The notes under the pieces were generated by a model that saw only the letters and a program-made list of their open reading frames with translations, searched no databases and was not told the DNA's origin. From assembly GCA_013265495.1 (NCBI GenBank), contig PNXW01005888.1, positions 1 through 64,000 on the forward strand: DNA of 64,000 nt, given 5' to 3'. The stretch is from Vicugna vicugna (taxonomy: Eukaryota). Position numbers and translations under genes: made by a program. Below are positions 13,291 through 26,217 of this stretch, piece after piece (position 1 is the stretch's first letter; every line of letters starts with the position of its first letter).

Positions 13291-13476
13291 TTGCACGGTT
13301 ATGTGAGAAATTGAATATTTTATGTAAATAAGACGTAAGAATACTAGCTGTGTATATAACTACCTTTTCCTTGCTCTACTTTCTCTTTTTTCGTGGTGCA
13401 CTTATCTTCTAACCTACTAGACAATTTATATATTTATGATCTTTATAGTGTATTATTTGTCTTCCTTTCACTGAAA

Positions 13477-13652
13477 CAGTGATTTTCAAAGTACAGTCTC
13501 TGAACCAGCAGCATCATTATCATCTGGGAACATGTTAGAAATGCACCTTCTCAGGTCCCACCCAGGACTTACTGAATCAGTAATGATTTTAACAGTCTAT
13601 TTTAACAGCCCTCTCTGGGATTCCTGATACATGTCAAGTTTGAAGGCCACTG
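13477..13652. mobile_element. MER5A-like MITE
   Basis: 'cagtgattttcaaagt...ccagcagcatc...gttagaaatgca...tactgaatcag...aagtttgaaggccactg'. Confidence 0.7.
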
Positions 13653-13965
13653 AGCTAAACATGTTCTTTATTTTCTTCACATCCTCACCAACACTTGTTA
13701 TTTCTTGTCTTTTTGATAATAGCCATTCTAATAGAAGTGGGGTGATATCTCATTGTGGTTTTGACATGTATTTCCCTGATGATTAGTCCTGTTGAGCTCC
13801 TTTTCAGGTACCCATTGGCCATTTGTGTATGTCTTCTTTGGAAGAATATCTAGTCAGAGCCTCTGCTCATTTTTTAATTGAATTGCTTGGTTTTTTTGCT
13901 ATTCAGTTTAATGAGTTATTATCAGATATATGATTTACAAATATTTTCTCCCATTCAGTAGGTTT

Positions 13966-14136
13966 CGTGTTTTTTTAAATTTTTTAAAATATTTTTATTT
14001 ATTATTGTATTATTTAATTATCGTATTTGGGGAGGAGGTAGTTAGGTTTATTTATTTTTGGAGGAGGTACTGTTGACTGAATCCAGGACCTTGTGCGTGA
14101 TAAGCATTCACTCTACCACTTGAGCTGTACCCTCCC
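13966..14136 (-). mobile_element. camelid-type tRNA-derived SINE
   Basis: Reverse complement starts gggagggtacagctcaagtggtagagtg; TSD tcagtaggttt at 13955-13965 and 14137-14147. Confidence 0.85.
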
Positions 14137-14364
14137 TCAGTAGGTTTTCATTTTGTTGATGGTTTCCTTTGCTACCCAGAAGCTTTTTAGTTTGATGTAC
14201 TCCCAATTGTTTATTTTTGCTTTTGTTGCCTTTACTTCTGGAGTCAAATGAAAAAAATCATTGCCAAGACCTATGTCAAAGAGTTTTCCTCCTATTTTTT
14301 CCTAGGAGTTTTATGGTTTCAGGTCTTACATTCAAGTCTCTGATTCTCTAAGTTAATTTTTGTG

Positions 14365-14590
14365 CACTGGGAGCATCTTTTGTTGAAGGAGGCTACTCTG
14401 GGTGGACTCCTGGGTGGCTCCATGGGGGCTGGTCACCAGAAAGACCAACCCATGATTAGAGTAGGGCTTAGAATTTCAGCCCTGCTCCCTGCTTCTCTGG
14501 AGGGGAAGAGGAGCTGGAAAAGGAGTTAATTACTGACCATGCTTATGTGAGGAAGCCTCCATAAAATCCCAGTAGTGTGGGGTTCACGCA
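14365..14590. mobile_element. MER21-like ERV LTR fragment
   Basis: 'gggggctggtcaccagaaagaccaacccatgattaga...gaggggaagaggagctgg...aagcctccataaaa'. Confidence 0.6.
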
Positions 14591-14834
14591 GAAAAGAAAC
14601 TCACAGGAGGAAGGACTGGGTTTTTCCATCTGCAGGAGAGAAAGACATAAGAGGGGGAAAGACTGGGTTTTCTTAATACATTTCCCCGTTGTATAGGCTT
14701 GGCGTCTTTGTTGTAAATTAATTGACCATATTTGTGTGGGTTTATTTCCGGGGTGTCTTTTCCATTCCCTTGAGCTTTGTGTCTGTTTTTGTGCCAGTAC
14801 CATACTGTTTTCATTACTATAGCTTTGTAATGTA

Positions 14835-15055
14835 CAGTTGACCCTTGAACTACATGGGGATTAGGGGCGCTGACGCTCTGCACAGCAGAAAATCGTGTGT
14901 AACTTGTTTGCCCTCCTCTCCAAGGTTCCTTAGTATTTGTGGATTCAGCCAACTGCAGGTCATGTAGTACTATTACTATAGTATTTACTATTGAAAAATA
15001 TCTGTGTATCAGTGGACCTACCCAGTTCACACCTGTGTTTTTCAAGGGTCACCTG
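14835..15055. mobile_element. Tigger1-derived MITE (MER8-like)
   Basis: TIRs cagttgacccttgaac...ttcaagggtcacctg, flanked by TA on both sides. Confidence 0.85.
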
Positions 15056-18000
15056 TAGTTCAAAATCAGAAAGCATCATGCCTCCAGCTTTGTTCTTCTT
15101 TTTCATTGGCAAATTGAAATTGAAATTAGGGTCTTTTGTGGTTCTGTACCTATTTTTGGATTGTTTGTGCTATATCTATGGAAAATGTCATTCAGTTAGG
15201 TAATATTTTGTTGAGAATTTTTGCATCTATGTTCATCAGGGATATTGGCCTGTAATTTTCTTCTCTTGTGATATTCTTTTCTGGTTTTGGTATCAGCATA
15301 GTACTGGCTTCATAAAAGATTTTGAAAGTGTTCCCTCCTCTTCTGTCATAAGCTCTGCATTTGTCTGTCTTATTAATTTGGTGCTCCAAAGGTATTTGTT
15401 GAATGCTTGTATAAATACTGTGAATTGTTGGGAAGAAAATAATAATATATGATTGGGTATTGAAACTGAGTGTGATTATATGTCTATCCTACTGTGTTTT
15501 CCACATTTTCATCACTTTTAAAATCAATATATATATACCTATTAAAACAAAAGATATGATAACAGATACAGTGTGTCCTAGTTTAGGAAGTTTATATGGC
15601 AGTGACAATCCATTAGCAAATGTAATAATTATTAATCCATTTAATATTACATTAAGCACCTACAGCCATAATTTGTAGTCTTAGTTTTGCAGCATCTGAA
15701 AAGGCCTCTCCAAAACCTCAGAATGCTCTGAATTCTTACCCAATTAATACAGCAAATATCTGTAGTCATGGTTTCTGGTTTTAGTTTTGTAGTACCAAAG
15801 GCATCTCTCCACTTGTCTCAATGAGCATTGTAAGATTATTGAAAATTTTTCATTTTAATTCTGTTAAATTTCAGTGTCTATACATGAGATCCCATTATTT
15901 TGAAACCAGAAAAAATAATCACTATGGAGGACCATATGCAGTAGGCTGATAGACACAATTACTCACTGACTGCAGAATTTTAATTTTTCTAACACTCTTC
16001 ATATTTTTTGGTGAATTTTGTTTTTGCTTAGTTCTTCCTACCTAAGGATTTACTTTTAAAAATAGTGGTTGGTAGTTACTATTTATTGAACCCTTAATAT
16101 GCCTGGCATTTGCTAAGTGCTTGTCATGTGTGTTATCTCTTCTAACTCTTTCAGACAACCTTACGAGGTCACTACTGTTATATTTCTTATTTATATTTGA
16201 GGAAACGGGTTTAGAGGAATCTGATAACTTTTACTTCCTATGTGGTGTGAGATTAGGTCAGCTAATGTGGTCTGCAAAGGGGGTGTATGTCCTGGAATTG
16301 CCACAGTGGGGCGCCAAAAGCATTAACCACGTATTTTCAAGATCCTGGTGAAACAGGTTATTTCCACAGTTCTAATGGGCCAAGGTTAGTTCATTCTTGG
16401 GCTGGTAATCCAAACCACCTATAAGAAAGAGAGGCTACCACCTTGGTTGAATATGAAGGTAGGCTTCTTCTAGCTCTTTTAGAGCTAGCTGCTTCCATTT
16501 TATTCCATGTCCGGAATATTGTGCTGCCATCCACCCACTATCCCAGTCAGCCTCTAAGCGAGTCGCATGTGAATGGTTTGGAAAGGCTGTGGGGTTGGGG
16601 ATAGTGTTGTTTGGAGTAGCTCTTGTTTCTGCTCCCCATTTTACCTAATACCAGTTCTGCTGTTTTGTTCTAACTCCCTAAAAAATTAAGAAGTCTGAAC
16701 AGATTTTACCTGTATACCTTGGGAGCACAAAAATGCCCCTCAATGCTATAATGTACAGACGCACTGGATTGGGATTCAGGAGACTTGCATTCTTGAACTA
16801 GTGTTGCTCCACATCTACTCCTCCTATGACCTTGGGTAAGGCAGTTTCTCCAGGCTCTAGTTTCCTCAACTATAAATGAGGTTACACGAGATGATCTCTT
16901 AGGTCCATCTCAGCTCTAACATTCATTGGTTTCACAATTCTGAGTCAAAAGCATACAGAAGCAGCTCCTGATACCTCTCAGCTGGGTAGGGGTCAGTCTC
17001 TTTTGAACCTTTAAAAGTATATAAGCTACAGAGCATTCCTAGAAGAATGTATGTCTTAAGAAATCAGGTAGAGAGTGGAGTATTCTAAGAAGACTGAGAA
17101 TGACAGAGTCGTGCAGGGAAGTTAGTGAAAGGATCAAGATTCTGTGGGCTTCCTCTTTCCCCCTGCTCTTATTTATGTAGCCACTTTTTTGGAATCTTTC
17201 TAGAATTAGCCTCTTAAGAATGCAGGTTTTCATATCCTTCAACAAAGAAAGAATAAAGGAGGAGACTTTATGACTAACAGAAATATAGAAAAACCTAGGA
17301 AGGGAATGCACTTGTGTCAAATACGTCATACTGTCTGGCTTGGATCAGAAGTGAGTGTGCTTGAGTTTGGAGCTATGCCTGTTTTGAGGAGTGATGACAC
17401 TCAGCACTTTTGTGAATGCTTATTACAAAATAATATGATACCTCTCCATGGAAGTAGCCACTCTTGATTGCAGATATTATTTCACTGCTGGTGGCTGAAA
17501 ACACTGCCCACTCAAGGGTAGTAACAGCTGCTTTGGCGCTTATTCCAGCTATATTATGGATGGTCAAGATGCAGACTATTTGCCATGGATGAACTTTCAT
17601 ATATAGATATAAAACAAGCCCTAGGTTTTGTGAGCAGTGTGTAGTGAGAAATAGTTCACTTGAAGTGTCTGTTAAGGAATGTCACATAACAATGAATGTG
17701 GCATAATAAAGGGCATGTTGTCATTTTCTCTTGCAGGCAATAGCAACGCCTAAGGAGCACTCTACTGGGCTTAGAGTTCTAGAAACTATGGGACTGAAAA
17801 GTAGATTTCTCTGTTCAGTGGGAGCTTGATCTCAGGTTGAGAATATAGAATGTGTATAACCGAAATGATCCATAATCAGTTAAGAAGCAGCAGACAGCTG
17901 ACTTGTTAGATGCTGTTGTAATTAACAAATGTAAATCCATATAAAGCATTATGGTGATGTTACATTTTACATGGGATTGCGTTTGAAAGTCAAAGTGTGA

Positions 18001-18199
18001 AATAAAAATCAGGGTAAACAAAATTATCCAAGAAAATCTTAGGACAGCATATTGAGTACCCATATGCCATCCCTTCATAACCCCAACTCAGCTGTCTTCT
18101 TGGCATTGGAAATGATTGCTCTTTCTTCAGTTGATGGAAGTGCTGGCTTATATTTAGAAGTCAAACTGAGTGAAAAGTAGATAGCTTTAAAAGACCATG

Positions 18200-18550
18200 T
18201 CATTATACATAACTACAACATGGATGAACCTTGAAGACATAATGCTAAGTGAAATGAGCCAAACACAAAAGGACAAATATTGTATGATTCCTCTCATATG
18301 AGGCACCTAGAGTAGTCAAATTCATAGACCCAGAAAGTAGAATGGTGGTGACCAGAGTCTGAGGGGAGTGGAAATGGGGAGTTAGTTTAATGGGTACAGA
18401 GTTTCAGTTTGGGATGATGAAACGTTTCTGAAGATGGGAGGAGGTGATGGTTGCACAACATTGAATGTACTTAATGCCACTTAACTGTGTACTTAAAAGT
18501 GGTCAAAATGGTAGATTTTATGTTATATATATTTTACCACAATTTAAAAA
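18200..18550 (+). mobile_element. old L1 3' UTR fragment
   Basis: 'acaacatggatgaaccttgaagacataatgctaagtgaaatgagcc...ggtgatggttgcacaaca...ttttaccacaatttaaaaaa'. Confidence 0.85.
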
Positions 18551-18939
18551 AGACTATCCCCAGATTGTGAAGGTAGTTACAAAAGATGAGTTCAAAAAAT
18601 ACTGTAAGCAATGGTAACTTTGTGTTAATAAGTAGATTATGTATAGATTTTCAAGGAGAACATTCGTTTGAATGTATAGATTTTTAAAAGCCTCATAAAC
18701 AGGGCTGATTTTTGCTTGTTAGTTATGAGGGTATGACCTACCTCCTCATTTTATAGCCAAGGAAGGAGGCCAGGTCCCAAAGAGATGAAGAGAATTATCT
18801 AGGCTTACACGTTGAGCTAGGCCCAAAGCTAGGACCAGAACCTAAGCCCCTTTACTCACCACTTCTCCCCACATAGATGTTTACCCAGTGACAGCATGCT
18901 GGTACTCCCTTCATCATTTTTGCTGTGTCCAAGCACTGT

Positions 18940-19034
18940 TATTACTTAACTATTTTATTTATATTGACATTCCATGTAAAATACATTTACTTTTTTACAT
19001 GGAATGTCGATATAAATAAAATAGTTAAGTAATA
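18940..19034. repeat. 42-bp near-perfect inverted repeat with 11-nt spacer
   Basis: 18940-18981 is the reverse complement of 18993-19034 at 41/42 positions. Confidence 0.95.
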
Positions 19035-19875
19035 GTACTTAGTACATAAAGTTTTCTAAAAAGGAAATTTAAAATCACTACCTTAAATGGAAAATTTATA
19101 GAGCCTATCTAAATGATCAGAAAAAATACAGTGAAGGCAAAACAATGCTGTTTTAGTTAGATGTTATTTCTTTGAAGCTGAAGGCTGTTCTGTTTATGTT
19201 AAAGGGAGAGATTAGTAAGTTTGGGGGAGTAAAGACATACTAACACTAAAATGACATGATGCAGGGACTGAACAAGGAGTGACTTTTTCCCTGTGTGAGT
19301 CAGTGGTATTTACATCATTTCCCATACCACTTCCAGTGGGCATGGCCACGAAACATGTGCGGTATACCATGTAGGCTCTCCAGCAAGCAAAGTAGGCGGG
19401 TTTTGAATTTTACAGAAAAGCGGAAGATAAGGGTTAATATAGAGAAGTGATTTACAGTGGGAGTGAAAGTAGGGACAAGGATTTCAGAGAACCAGTATTG
19501 TTAAACATTATCATGAAAGTGTCTGGTCCCTCAGTTAGGATGGGTGAAAAAAGATGGACAGTGATTAACTGTAGTGTTTCCTAGTAGGGATGCTATTGCC
19601 TCTGGGGCCAGATCATCGTTATGCAGGACTGTCCCAAGCATGGATATTCTTGTTCCCTGGGCCGTAAATGCTGATGGTAATAAGTTCCTCTCTCCTCCCC
19701 CCGAGTTGCTGTGATAACTAGTTCCCCTAAGTTTCTAAATGCCTTTTAGGGGTGATTAAGTACTGTAGTCATGCCCCCAGGAAAGGAATGGGGAGTTTAT
19801 TCTAAGCAGAGGGTATGGTCTCTACAAATGTATGGAAGCGGGACGGAGCATTTAAAACTTGTCTGCCTTTTCCAG

Positions 19876-19934
19876 AAGAGAAGAAGAAGTTGATCAGAGA
19901 TTTTGATGAAAAGCAACAGGAAGCAAATGAAACG
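19876..19934 (+). CDS. VTI1B: VTI1B coding exon 2
   Basis: ttttccag| ... ACG|gtgaga; (E)EKKKLIRDFDEKQQEANET. Confidence 0.95.
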
Positions 19935-20140
19935 GTGAGAAAAAGGAACAAGTCATTATTTCTTCTTCCTGGTTGTTGGTCTTTTCCAGAAGTAAAACTT
20001 ATAGACCTGATCACAGATTAACTGCTCCTGTCTGTTGATCTTGGTTCTGATTATTTCTTACTACATGAGGCCAGTTGATTGGTATGAGTGTTGAGGGGGT
20101 TTGGCAGACACAATTGGATAAAGCTTGAAGGTGCTCTTTT

Positions 20141-20161
20141 TGTGTGTGTGTGTGTGTGTGT
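20141..20161. repeat. (TG)10 microsatellite
   Basis: Perfect TG run. Confidence 0.95.
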
Positions 20162-21852
20162 AAAACAGGCCTTTATTTTGAATTTGAATTATTCATTCCA
20201 TTCTCCATCCTACTCCAGGTATTTCCTGTTTCTATCAGGTGCCTGGTTTCTCACTGGGCAGACCTGGTAATCATTTCCCTGGGTATCCATGCGGCCATCC
20301 CCGAGTAGCCAGCATGCTCTCTGACTCTTCCCTTCCATCCTCATGGCTTGAAGGTGCTCTTGAGTCTTTGATAATACATTGCTGATGTAGTAAGGACATT
20401 CTCAAACCTTTACCTGGGTGATCTTTTAAAATCTCATTTTAAAAGCTGGCCATTAAGATCAGTTATTCTCCCTTGTTAAACTTAACTGTCACAGAAAATG
20501 GAGCTCAGAGATGGTTCTTGTCACATTCCCTTCTGTTTCAAAAGACAGTGTAGTGGCTGGATTTGATACCTTGGGCAAGGACTGCATGGACAGGTTGTGT
20601 TCCCAGTAAGGACCCAAAGCTTGTCAGAAGTTCAGGTTGATGAGCAGTGTAACAACTTCTTCTCTCTTAATCTGTGGCTTTTCTTTTTTAAAAAAAAAGT
20701 TTGCTCTCACCTTTTAGAAGTAATGGTCCTTTGTCTCCATATCGTTATGCTATATAGCTTCAGCAAACCCATTCAGGAGTCTGGAGCTAAAATCCAGGTC
20801 CCTGGTGAATGAATAGTTGCCCATAGTTTTTGGTACCCTAGAATAGACTGAAAAATTATTTTCAAGCCAGAAAACCTCTTCCTTGCTTATTGAAGACCAA
20901 CTTCCCTGTCCCCATGAAGTTGTGAGAAGTTAGGCTTATCTGCATCCTTTTCTCTATTCTGCATCTATTTTTAAGAAGGATCAGCCCACCAGACTGTGGA
21001 AACTCTCTCCTTCATAATGGGAGTACCAGAAACTTTTCTAATACCTGTGTGCAGCTGGGCACACCCATGATACCAGTTATAGCGGGCATCTCCATAATAC
21101 CTGTTACAAGAGCCAGTCTTCTTTTTTCGTTAACGTCTTGGTAGCATTTAAAATATCTTTTAGCTAATACCAGTTTATTTATTTGGTGCTTACTTTGTTT
21201 CTCTGAACTTAGAAAAATTAACCAAGCCTGAAAATAATTTATGGCCTCTTGTGAACATGTCTAGGTATTACATTTTACTAAAGTGATCTGGACCTCTGGT
21301 TATCCTGACATAGAGACAAACAATTCATTTTCAGAAAGAGGAGGAGGAAGGGAAGAACCTTGATGCCAGACCCCTGTCATTTTAGTACAGTAGATCTCAA
21401 AGTGCTTCACCTTACCACTTGAGCCATAACAGGCTAAGAACCTGGTATACTGAAAAGAGAATTTGAAGATTTTGAATCTGACTTCTCTTATTGTGTAATC
21501 TTGAGCAGGTTTCTTCAGGTCTTAATATGAAATAGAAGTATGTCCAACCTTATTGATCTGTTGTGAGGATTAAATGAGAAAATGCATGTAAAGATGGTTA
21601 ATAAGCTATAAGATACTTGTTAGTTTTCTTACTCATTCATCACATACTTTTTGAATGCCTGTTCTGTGCTTGCTAGGTGCTGTGCCAGGCACTCAGAGTA
21701 ATAAGGTGAACATGTCACATGTGGTCCTTGCCCTTCTGGACCATATGGTTGAGTATTTGGGGTTGTCTGTGGTTTGATTAGTCCAACCTAGGCATATACT
21801 CATATGAACGAATAGAACCAGGCCATCTACTCACTACTTTCTGCCTTCCTAG

Positions 21853-22044
21853 CTGGCAGAGATGGAAGAAGAACTACGTTATGCACCCCTATCTTTTCGT
21901 AACCCTATGATGTCTAAGCTTCGAACCTACCGAAAGGACCTTGCCAAACTCCATCGGGAAGTGAGAAGCACGCCTTTGACAGCCACACCTGGAGGCCGTG
22001 GAGACATGAAATATGGTACATACGCTGTAGAGAATGAGCACCTG
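21853..22044 (+). CDS. VTI1B: VTI1B coding exon 3
   Basis: ttcctag| ... CTG|gtaagc; LAEMEEELRYAPLSFRNPMMSKLRTYRKDLAKLHREVRSTPLTATPGGRGDMKYGTYAVENEHL. Confidence 0.96.
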
Positions 22045-23846
22045 GTAAGCTTCAGCTGTTTTTCCCCTTACGAGTCTGTGCTACAATGAGTAACCATATT
22101 GTGGAGTTCAGTTCGTGTTATCAGTGCATACTAGACTCTTTGTTTTTCCCACTTTATCCCTTTTCCTGCATCCAGTTCTCCTTCTTCCCTTGGATGCCCA
22201 CTTCTTCTGTATTTAATACAGATCTTTCCAAACCATAAGCTTATTTAGATTTCTTTGTATCATTTATGTATAAAACAGTGCTTGGTGTGCAGTGGTGTTA
22301 TACAGGTGTCACCTATTCATATTACATCTGGGACTCTGCAGTCTGACCCATTGATCCAATTTCTTTCTCACACATGCCCCCAAAGTTCAGTTAGGTTTTA
22401 TTTGTCAAACTATTGTTAGAAAGCTAACCCATGCTTTCCTTTACGTTTATATTGAGATGGCCCAGTAGCCCAGATACAGTATGGAAGGCAGGATCCTTCT
22501 CAGAATGAGGCTAACACCTTACTTTGTTGTGATGGAAAATGAGCCAGGCTGCCTCTCCAGCCTCAAGTATTCCGATTTATAAAATCAGACTAACTGAATA
22601 GAAAGTCTATGTTCTCAGACTGTCTAGAGAAGCTAGATAGTTAAAGGAAGAAAATTTGATAAAGACTAAATTTCGCATGTTGCATTTGGGGTTATATTCC
22701 ACAGCACGAAGTAGAAATGGCCTGGCCGGCAGCGTGGGAGAGAAGTGGAAGGGGGCCCACAAGTGCAGACTGCACTGATGTAAAAAGGCTAGTGGTTCAA
22801 TTTTAAACAAATCCTATTTCATGATGCATCCTGAGTAGAGTTTGAGATACTCAAATGATACTTTGAGTTTAAGAGATACTCAAATGATGCTGGCCTGACA
22901 CTGCTGATGTCAAAACTAGAGTATTAGTTGTATAATGAAAACTAGTAGTATAGTGAATGATGTGAAATTTTCAAAATTCACTGTGAGAGTGAGAAAAGGC
23001 AGGCAAGTGGAGCTTGTTAAAGTGAGATAAGAGGTATAAAGTGACTTTGGCCATTTGTTACCCCCCAAAAGAACCCGAAAACAAAAAGGGGGGAGATAAT
23101 TCCAAAAAATAATTTTGCTTTAAAATTATTGGTTTCAGAAATTATAAAAACAATTTAGATATACACGCCACCTTCAGTAGAATTATTGTTCCAAATTTGG
23201 GGTTGATTTATGTGACCTTAGTGTCTTTTCTTGCTCTTCCTTAAACCTAATCAGTTGAAAATCCCCATCTTTTATTTTTAAAAAAGCTTTTTTTCTGCTC
23301 GTAAGCCAACGTAGCTGGGATTTATTTCAACGTCATCTAGTGGTTTCTTCATCCACTTGTCCATATGCCATATATGAGGTGAAAAGTCTCGTTACTTCTG
23401 ACGTGAGAACAAGCTGCTTTTGGCTGCTTGATGGTGGTGTCTAGTGCTAATAGTCACCTGCTCAGTAATAGGCCTTGTGAGCCGGCCTCTTCTTGAGCGT
23501 GTGTGTGCATGTGTGTTTTGAATAGCTGAGAACTTAGAGCTGCACTCATTTCTGTCAGTGGTTATTTCTGGCCTGATGAAGGCTACTTCTGTCCTCGTGC
23601 CTTCTGTGCTTAGGAGAATAGATGGAGTAAATCTTTGGTGAGGATTTAGAAATAGGGTGCTTGGGAAATTAGGGCAGCTTACGTGGCCCAAAATACTTCC
23701 TTTCCTGAGAGTAAATCACCAGTGTAACGACGATAGAGTCTTTCTGTGTTTGGCCTGAGGTCAAATTCTCCTGGGGCTTACCAAGACTGTAGACACTTAA
23801 GCTTTTTCCAGAATGTGATAGTGTCTCACACTTCTAAATGATTTCT

Positions 23847-23952
23847 GGGGAGTGGGTGTAGCTCAGTGGTAGAGTGCATGCTTAGCATGCATGAGGTCCT
23901 GGGTTCAATCCCCAGAACCTCCATTTAAAATAAAATTAAAGAATAAAAATAT
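23847..23952 (+). mobile_element. camelid-type tRNA(Ala)-like SINE (Vic-1-like)
   Basis: A box tagctcagtgg, B box gggttcaatcc, A-rich tail, TSD aaatgatttct (23836-23846) / aaatgactcct (23953-23963). Confidence 0.85.
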
Positions 23953-24420
23953 AAATGACTCCTATATGTGCTGAAAACAAGTAGCTTATTCACAGTCCCT
24001 CGATCCTCAGAACCAATCAGTGGGAATTTTCAGTAATTATTTCTAGGGCTGTAGAGTTTATTTGGTTTGTACTATCAAAGTTATAAGCTGAATGCATCTT
24101 CAGGTAGCTCCTGCATCCCAGATCTGGGCCATTGCCTTTCAGAAGTTGCTAGTCCAAAAGTCACATGAACCAGTTCAGATTTATCAGGGGGGAAATGCTC
24201 TGATGTGTTTAATCCTCCTTTCTTGCCTCACTTAAGTGTAATAAGCAGTAGAGTGGGGGGTATTGGGATCCTGAATTGAATCCCAGGTTCTCATTTAGTC
24301 TCATTCGTTAGCATCTTTGGTTGTCTTAAAAGTAATGAAAATTATTGCACACTATATCCTTTCTTATAAATTCATTTATAATGGAAGAAGTCTAACATTT
24401 CCCTTCCATACTCCTGTCAG

Positions 24421-24594
24421 AATCGGCTACAATCTCAAAGGGCATTGCTTCTGCAAGGCACTGAAAGTCTGAACCGGGCCACCCAGAGTATTGAGCGTTC
24501 TCATCGGCTTGCCACAGAGACTGACCAGATTGGCTCAGATATCATAGAAGAGCTGGGGGAGCAACGTGACCAGTTGGAACGTACCAAGAGTAGA
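24421..24594 (+). CDS. VTI1B: VTI1B coding exon 4 (start of the SNARE motif)
   Basis: ctgtcag| ... AGA|gtaagt; NRLQSQRALLLQGTESLNRATQSIERSHRLATETDQIGSDIIEELGEQRDQLERTKSR. Confidence 0.96.
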
Positions 24595-26155
24595 GTAAGT
24601 ATGAGTAGAAAGGGGGGAGAGTGGGGAAAGTAGGTGAGCCTATTACACTCTGATGCCTTGCTCCTGCCAGAGGTGACAGCAGTTCTGAATTCAGGGTAGG
24701 ACCTTTTAGGTTCTTATGCTTCTCTCAGTTTTTAGTTGGCTTGTCTGAAAGATCGCCCTCCCTTGGAAGTAATTTTACCCTTAGGATTTGGAGATCATTT
24801 TGCGGTGAGCCGGGGAGACTGCAGAGACCCAATTTCTGCTTTTATTGAAGATTGTCAATAGGATAGAATGGCTGCAGTCTTATTTAGGTCTTGTATTGTG
24901 AATCAGATTTTTATTTCTCATACATCTTAGTAGAGTATTCTGTTCTCATGAAAGCATCATCTACTTAAAAAGAGCCTAGTTTTCCTGTCATATGGAGCCA
25001 AGGCTATTTTCCACATGATATAAAATAGTACCACTGACAATTTATAGAGGTTCAATCCTGGACTTGACTCTTTTACTGTTACCTAAAGGTAAGCTGGATC
25101 GTTGTGAGAAAATACTTAAGCCAGATGGTGACTATACTGGGGCCTCTAATCTATCATCACCCTAAGAGGCTCTGAAAAACAACTCCTTTCTTCCTTTCAG
25201 TACATCTGCAAAGGAATTTTAAAAATAGTGCAACTTGCCAATGGAATGCTGTATTCTTAAGAGCATGAGGCAAATCCATATTGAAAAACAGGTACTGTGG
25301 GCAAGACTTAGCTCAGTATGGGGATTTGGGATCATTTTCTCATACTGCTTAATAGCTGTAATTCTCCGTTATTGAAATAAGTCAGAATGACGCTCTTCCC
25401 TCCTGAGTGGATATTCACAGTAAAGTACTGAATTCAGGGTAAGCTGTGGAGAAGGCAACTTGCTTACAGGTTGTGTGGTTTTGTACTTTTTAACATACCA
25501 GGTGGACTAGCTGCATTTAAAAGCCAAGGAATGAGTTGAGCGATTAACTTACCAAGGCCACTGGAAGATGGGAACAGATGACAGGACAGGTGGCACCTAC
25601 TGAAATATCCTCCAGCCACCTAGATTAGTAACAGGTGACCAAAAGGGAATGAAAAAGGCTTAAAATTTTTTAATTCTTTTCATAATTAAATGAAAGTGTC
25701 TCTTAAAGGGGTAAAGAAAAAAAGGACAAAGAACCAGACCCCAAAAATGGTAATCCAGCAGCCTACAAAAGCAGACATTAATTCGAGGCTCTTCTGGAGT
25801 TTGGCTGATGAAATTCGAATCCTAAGTTGCTCAGAGTTACTTCATCTACCAGCAAGGTGCATTTGAAGACTTTGTTTTGAGTAGCCAAGGTGAACGATTA
25901 GCTCAGTCCCAGGAGCTCCCCCACAGCAACCTTGGGATATAATAATTCCTGTTCGACCTGACGGGTACCAAAGTGTCTTGTCCTTTCCAGTTTCTTCTGC
26001 TTATGGTCAGAGGTCGTCATTTAAATTGGTTTGATTTCTGGGAGTTGTTTTTCAACAAATACCACTGAATGTCCACTGTCAATTTAGGAATGTTCAAATT
26101 CTGCAGTATGTACTTTTGAAAGAAGCGGGAAATAATCGCTGTTTTCTCTTCTCAG

Positions 26156-26217
26156 CTGGTAAACACAAGTGAAAACTTGAGCAAAAGTCGAAAGATTCTC
26201 CGTTCAATGTCCAGAAA
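26156..26217 (+). CDS. VTI1B: VTI1B coding exon 5
   Basis: ttctcag| ... AA|gtaagt; LVNTSENLSKSRKILRSMSR(K). Confidence 0.95.

Larger units (their letters stand above)
13675..15340 (-). mobile_element. old L1 ORF2 fragments carrying nested insertions (SINE, LTR fragment, Tigger MITE)
   Basis: Minus-strand ORFs give L1 ORF2 peptides (YKAIVMKTVWYWHKNRH...[51 protein letters not shown]). Confidence 0.85.

Noticed and set aside
22838..22888. Short tandem duplication (gagatactcaaatgat twice)
   Set aside because: An ordinary slippage duplication with two units only; not CRISPR-like.
23847..23925. tRNA-Ala-like sequence with A and B boxes
   Set aside because: It has an A-rich tail and TSD, and several diverged copies occur in the window, so it is a SINE and not a tRNA gene.
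25500..26000. Complex-looking intronic stretch with a minus-strand gtaagt donor-like motif near 25550
   Set aside because: No ORF, acceptor or recognisable family could be supported; it may be an ancient repeat.
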